From NCBI GenBank assembly GCA_963765675.1, contig CAVXXK010000016.1:1-29152 (forward strand): a DNA stretch of 29,152 nt, in the 5' to 3' direction. The translations under genes and the position numbers were made by a program. The notes under the pieces are model-generated. The model did no database searches. It saw only the letters and a list, made by a program, of their open reading frames with translations, and had not been told where the DNA came from. Positions 26,099 to 29,152 of this stretch are shown in pieces (position 1 is the first letter of the stretch; each line of letters starts with the position of its first letter). The stretch comes from an uncultured delta proteobacterium. GTDB taxonomy: Bacteria; Desulfobacterota; Binatia; Binatales; Binataceae.

Positions 26099-27388
26099 AT
26101 GGCCAACAAGCGCTTCCCGGTCTTTGATGGCGATTCTCACGTTGTGGAACCGCCGGAACTTTGGACTAAGTACCTGGAGCCTGAATACCGCACTTTAGGC
26201 AAACATGCTCTCTGGCGCGAAGAAGGGAAGTTCGGCTCCTATCTCAAGGTTAATGGCAAAGTTTTCCGGGATACGATGAACTCAAATATCCCGCGCCACG
26301 CGATCTGGCGGCCCGGGATGACCTGGGACAAAGTCGGTGAGCTCGATCCGCGCCGGCGTCATCCGATGTCCGAAGGGGCTTCAAACGCTCAGGCTCGCCT
26401 GAGCAATATGGACGCAATGGGTATCGACCAGGCCTTTCTCTATCCGACCTGGTTTGCCGAGGGTTTCCACCTGGTTGAAGATCCGGACGTGGCGTATGCG
26501 CTTGCCCGCGCGTACAACAACTGGATCGCGGACTTCTGCAGGACCGCGCCAGACCGACTGTTTGCGGCGGCTATGGTCCCACTCCAGAACATGGATTACA
26601 CGGTGGAGGAGCTGCGCCGCGTCGCCAAGATTCCATGTTTCCGCGGCGCGTTCATCCGGCCCATGTTTATCGAAGGGCATTACTTCACTCATCCCTACTA
26701 TGATCCCCTCTGGGCCGAGTTGGAAAGCCTCGGGATTAATGCGGCGGTGCATTCCGCAACTGGATTGTGGAATCCCGAATGGACGTCGCACGGACAGTTT
26801 TTTGAGAAGGTAAAGCGCCGATTGAATCAGCGGTCTATCATTGCTGACGCGGGAGGCGGGCCACATGCCGGAGGTGGCGGAGATCAGGGTTTCACTTTCG
26901 TCGCATCACCGCCCCTCGGTCATCCGATCGCTCCAATTCTATCGTACTGGCTCGACAACCATATGTTTGTCGCGTCGACCTTGATCGGTTTCACGGTGAT
27001 GCAGCGCTACCCTAAAATGAAAGTGGTGGTGGCCCACGGCAAGGCCTCATGGATGGAGGAGGTGCTCGAGAAGATGGAGGCCTCGACCCGCTCGATCCCG
27101 CTGCTCCATTATTATCCTGTCCGCACGGACACCGAAGAGTTGTGGAAAGAAGGACGTGTGATGCTCGGTTTCGATGCCGAAGAGCGCCAGATTCAGAAAC
27201 TGCCGAACGAGTTCGCTGAAAAGGTCGTTTGGGGATCTCGTTATCCGCATCACGATACCACCACCGCGATCGAGGCGATCGAAACGCTCACGCGCGCTCG
27301 GGTTGACGAATCCATTCTCGCGCGCATGTTGGGCGATAACGCTGCCAAACAGTTCGGCGTTGAACTTGCGCGGAAGGTGAACGGCTAG
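26099..27388 (+). CDS. Amidohydrolase-2 family protein, copy 2 (degenerate C-terminal motif)
   Basis: FDGDSHVVEP, MD.MGID, AYNNWIADFC, AVHS, WGSRYPHHD, GDNAAKQF. Confidence 0.9.
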   Translation: MANKRFPVFDGDSHVVEPPELWTKYLEPEYRTLGKHALWREEGKFGSYLKVNGKVFRDTMNSNIPRHAIWRPGMTWDKVGELDPRRRHPMSEGASNAQARLSNMDAMGIDQAFLYPTWFAEGFHLVEDPDVAYALARAYNNWIADFCRTAPDRLFAAAMVPLQNMDYTVEELRRVAKIPCFRGAFIRPMFIEGHYFTHPYYDPLWAELESLGINAAVHSATGLWNPEWTSHGQFFEKVKRRLNQRSIIADAGGGPHAGGGGDQGFTFVASPPLGHPIAPILSYWLDNHMFVASTLIGFTVMQRYPKMKVVVAHGKASWMEEVLEKMEASTRSIPLLHYYPVRTDTEELWKEGRVMLGFDAEERQIQKLPNEFAEKVVWGSRYPHHDTTTAIEAIETLTRARVDESILARMLGDNAAKQFGVELARKVNG

Positions 27389-27467
27389 TCCAATAGCGCC
27401 CTTCATCATCGAAGTCTCTCCCACGCGGCCTGGGATCGCACGCGCACTTGCGTGAACCGATAGCGCA

Positions 27468-27609
27468 TCACGCGCGGAGTGGTGGGCGTCCCAGCACGAT
27501 TCCGCCGTCCACCGCCATTACCTGCCCGGAAATATTGGCGGCACGATCCGAGCACAGAAATGCGACCAATGTTGCCGATATTCTCAGGCGTCGGCTCTCG
27601 CCCGAGCGC
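27468..27609 (-). pseudogene. C-terminal remnant of an SDR gene
   Basis: LGREPTPENIGN, then an extra base near 27570, then LVAFLCSDRAANISGQVMAVDGGIVL...stop; no N-terminal part upstream. Confidence 0.8.
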
Positions 27610-27676
27610 CCTTATAGTACGCCCTTCCGCGGAAGCCATCGAACGTCCTACGTAAAAAACGCCGGCTACCATGGTT

Positions 27677-28069
27677 TCAGTGAAGCATAGCGGATGATGG
27701 TTGACCGCCCTCTTGCTGCACAAACTTCATAAATTTGTGTCGCAACGGCTTGTCTGTTTGAACGAGCATCATCACGTGCTTGTATGCCAAAGGTTCCAAC
27801 CCCGCCTGCTGGACCACGGCTGCCTCGTCGGAATGGCTGACCGCTTTGCTGCTTGAGAGACGCTGCAGCCTGACATACGCCACGGCCGATTTGTGCAACG
27901 TCGTGTCGTTAACTGCGTCAGGGTTGTTTGCCGCACGGGGGTTATCAGGCGTCGCCCCGCCATGTTTCTGAGGATAATCGCTATTCATTTGCGCCAATAC
28001 CGGAGTCGACATCGGCATTACGATCATCAAGGCTGCGCAGACAGCGGCGCATACATCACTTGTTTTCAT
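27677..28069 (-). CDS. Secreted helical protein, DUF4168-like
   Basis: Sec-type signal peptide (MKT...PVLA|Q), GAGG RBS; L.K.A.AYV.LQ...VVQQAGL....Y......VQTD..LR.KF pattern. Confidence 0.65.
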   Translation of the reverse strand: MKTSDVCAAVCAALMIVMPMSTPVLAQMNSDYPQKHGGATPDNPRAANNPDAVNDTTLHKSAVAYVRLQRLSSSKAVSHSDEAAVVQQAGLEPLAYKHVMMLVQTDKPLRHKFMKFVQQEGGQPSSAMLH

Positions 28070-28156
28070 TGCAGAGCACCTCTTTTGTTTCTATGGTCGA
28101 ATTGTCTCGACTGGTTGTAAATATTGTAAGTACATGTCGAACAATCGATATGTAGT

Positions 28157-28172
28157 AGCAAATGATGTACCG
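28157..28172 (-). promoter_or_regulatory. Candidate sigma54 promoter for the secreted protein gene
   Basis: The minus strand reads CGGTACATCATTTGCT with GG-N10-GC spacing and a TTGC -12, about 88 nt upstream of the ATG at 28069. Confidence 0.55.
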
Positions 28173-28351
28173 TCGCTCTGACGACGAGAGCCTGAGGTTT
28201 GCCACTACAAAAGCCAAATCTGTTTCCGGGCTCGCACTAAAAGACTGCTAAAGGAGACTGGGCTTGCACGATGTGTGGCTTTAAACTGGTGCATACCTTA
28301 CCGTGCGAGTCTGATCAGAAAGGGCGACGCCGTTCCGTCGGGAGGAACCTT

Positions 28352-28774
28352 ATGAAAATTGAACCAGCTCAGCTGCGCGATTTTGCAAAGCGTTACACCG
28401 CGGCGTGGTGTAGCAGAGAACCCGCTAACGTGGCCGCGTGCTACTCACGCAATGGCTCGCTCAGCGTCAACGCTGAAGCTCCGGCGGTGGGGCGGAGTGC
28501 GATCAGCGAGGTCGCTCAGGGCTTCATGACCGCTTTTCCGGATATGGAGGTAACGATGGACGACGTCCGCGTTGAGGGCGACAGCATCGTTTACCATTGG
28601 ACACTCGCCGGTACGAACACTGGGCCGGGCGGGACCGGGAAGCGAGTTCGCATCAGCGGGTTCGAGACATGGGAGATGGGTGCTGACGGGCTGATAGCCG
28701 AGTCACGAGGCCATTTTGACAATGCCGCCTACCAGAGTCAGCTTAAACACGGGCTCGAGGAATCACAGCAGTAA
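28352..28774 (+). CDS. SnoaL-like polyketide/ester cyclase family protein
   Basis: Start re-set to the ATG at 28352 (GGAGG). RYTAAWCS, GRSAI, FMTAFPDM, WTLAGTNTGPGGTGKRVRISG.E.W...DGLIAES.G. Confidence 0.88.
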   Translation: MKIEPAQLRDFAKRYTAAWCSREPANVAACYSRNGSLSVNAEAPAVGRSAISEVAQGFMTAFPDMEVTMDDVRVEGDSIVYHWTLAGTNTGPGGTGKRVRISGFETWEMGADGLIAESRGHFDNAAYQSQLKHGLEESQQ

Positions 28775-29003
28775 TCCCGCCTCAGCGCAGTGGAGAGAGC
28801 GCTGTGATGAGTGGGAGCATGCTGGCCGGCCAGCCTACGGCGCCTGCTCCAAAAATTCACGGCTGGCCGCGCCACCGCGCGCCGCGACCCATCAAAGCCG
28901 CGTTTGAGGCCCCGGTTCAGCGTGGCGCAGGGAGGCCAGTCTCCTGCTGGCAGTTGCGCTTGAGTTCCTCCACCGATGTCGAGCTCTCGGATTGCGGGTC
29001 GGT

Positions 29004-29097
29004 GTCGGTCGAGGCCACCCATATCGAGCGTGAGCACGTTGTCGAAGCCGGCCTGTTTGGCAACCCACAGCGCGCCCGCGACGCCGCCCGCCGGTCC
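29004..29097 (-). pseudogene. Internal fragment of a hydantoinase A / 5-oxoprolinase family gene
   Basis: GPAGGVAGALWVAKQAGFDNVLTLDMGG, then a frameshift into STD, which together reconstruct the family motif DMGGTSTD; the flanks are unrelated. Confidence 0.75.
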
Positions 29098-29152
29098 GCC
29101 CTGCGGTGCACTGAGCAATACGCATCGCAGGTCAGATTGCGGGCCGACGGCA

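Noticed and set aside
1-29152. CRISPR arrays, tRNA/rRNA genes, transposases or integrases, selenocysteine recoding in HhyL
   Set aside because: None seen by eye; both HhyL CxxC motifs are ordinary Cys with no in-frame TGA

Overview
GC-rich bacterial window with two halves. Left half (1-18517): a complete group 1h (Hhy, high-affinity/atmospheric H2-type) [NiFe]-hydrogenase locus. An approximately 15-kb, 18-gene minus-strand run contains hhyS, hhyL, a NifU/Rieske-fold hhyE-like gene, three conserved Hhy accessory genes, a maturation endopeptidase, a 35-aa membrane microprotein missed by the ORF track, hypC, a SIS/HypC-like/SIS module, hypD, hypE, a second hypC, a muconolactone-isomerase-fold gene, hypF and a frameshifted YfdC-type FNT channel. 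Upstream lies a regulatory block of two divergent sigma54 (-24/-12) promoters, with mirror-image tandem TGCGACA/TGTCGCA sites between them. Next to it are a pseudo-receiver-PAS gene and a sensor-less sigma54 activator translationally coupled to hypA-hypB. Right half (19047-29152): a plus-strand catabolic-type cluster (SCP2-like, alpha/beta hydrolase, SnoaL/NTF2, SDR, LLM oxidoreductase, aldo-keto reductase, two amidohydrolases), then gene remnants, a secreted protein and a SnoaL cyclase. The most notable observations are (i) an apparent sigma54 control circuit for a group 1h hydrogenase with split sensor and activator, (ii) two GmhA-like paralogues that keep complementary halves of the active site, suggesting an obligate heteromer within the maturation operon, and (iii) three HypC paralogues with partitioned ligands. 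Family assignments come from recalled motifs; no database searches were run.
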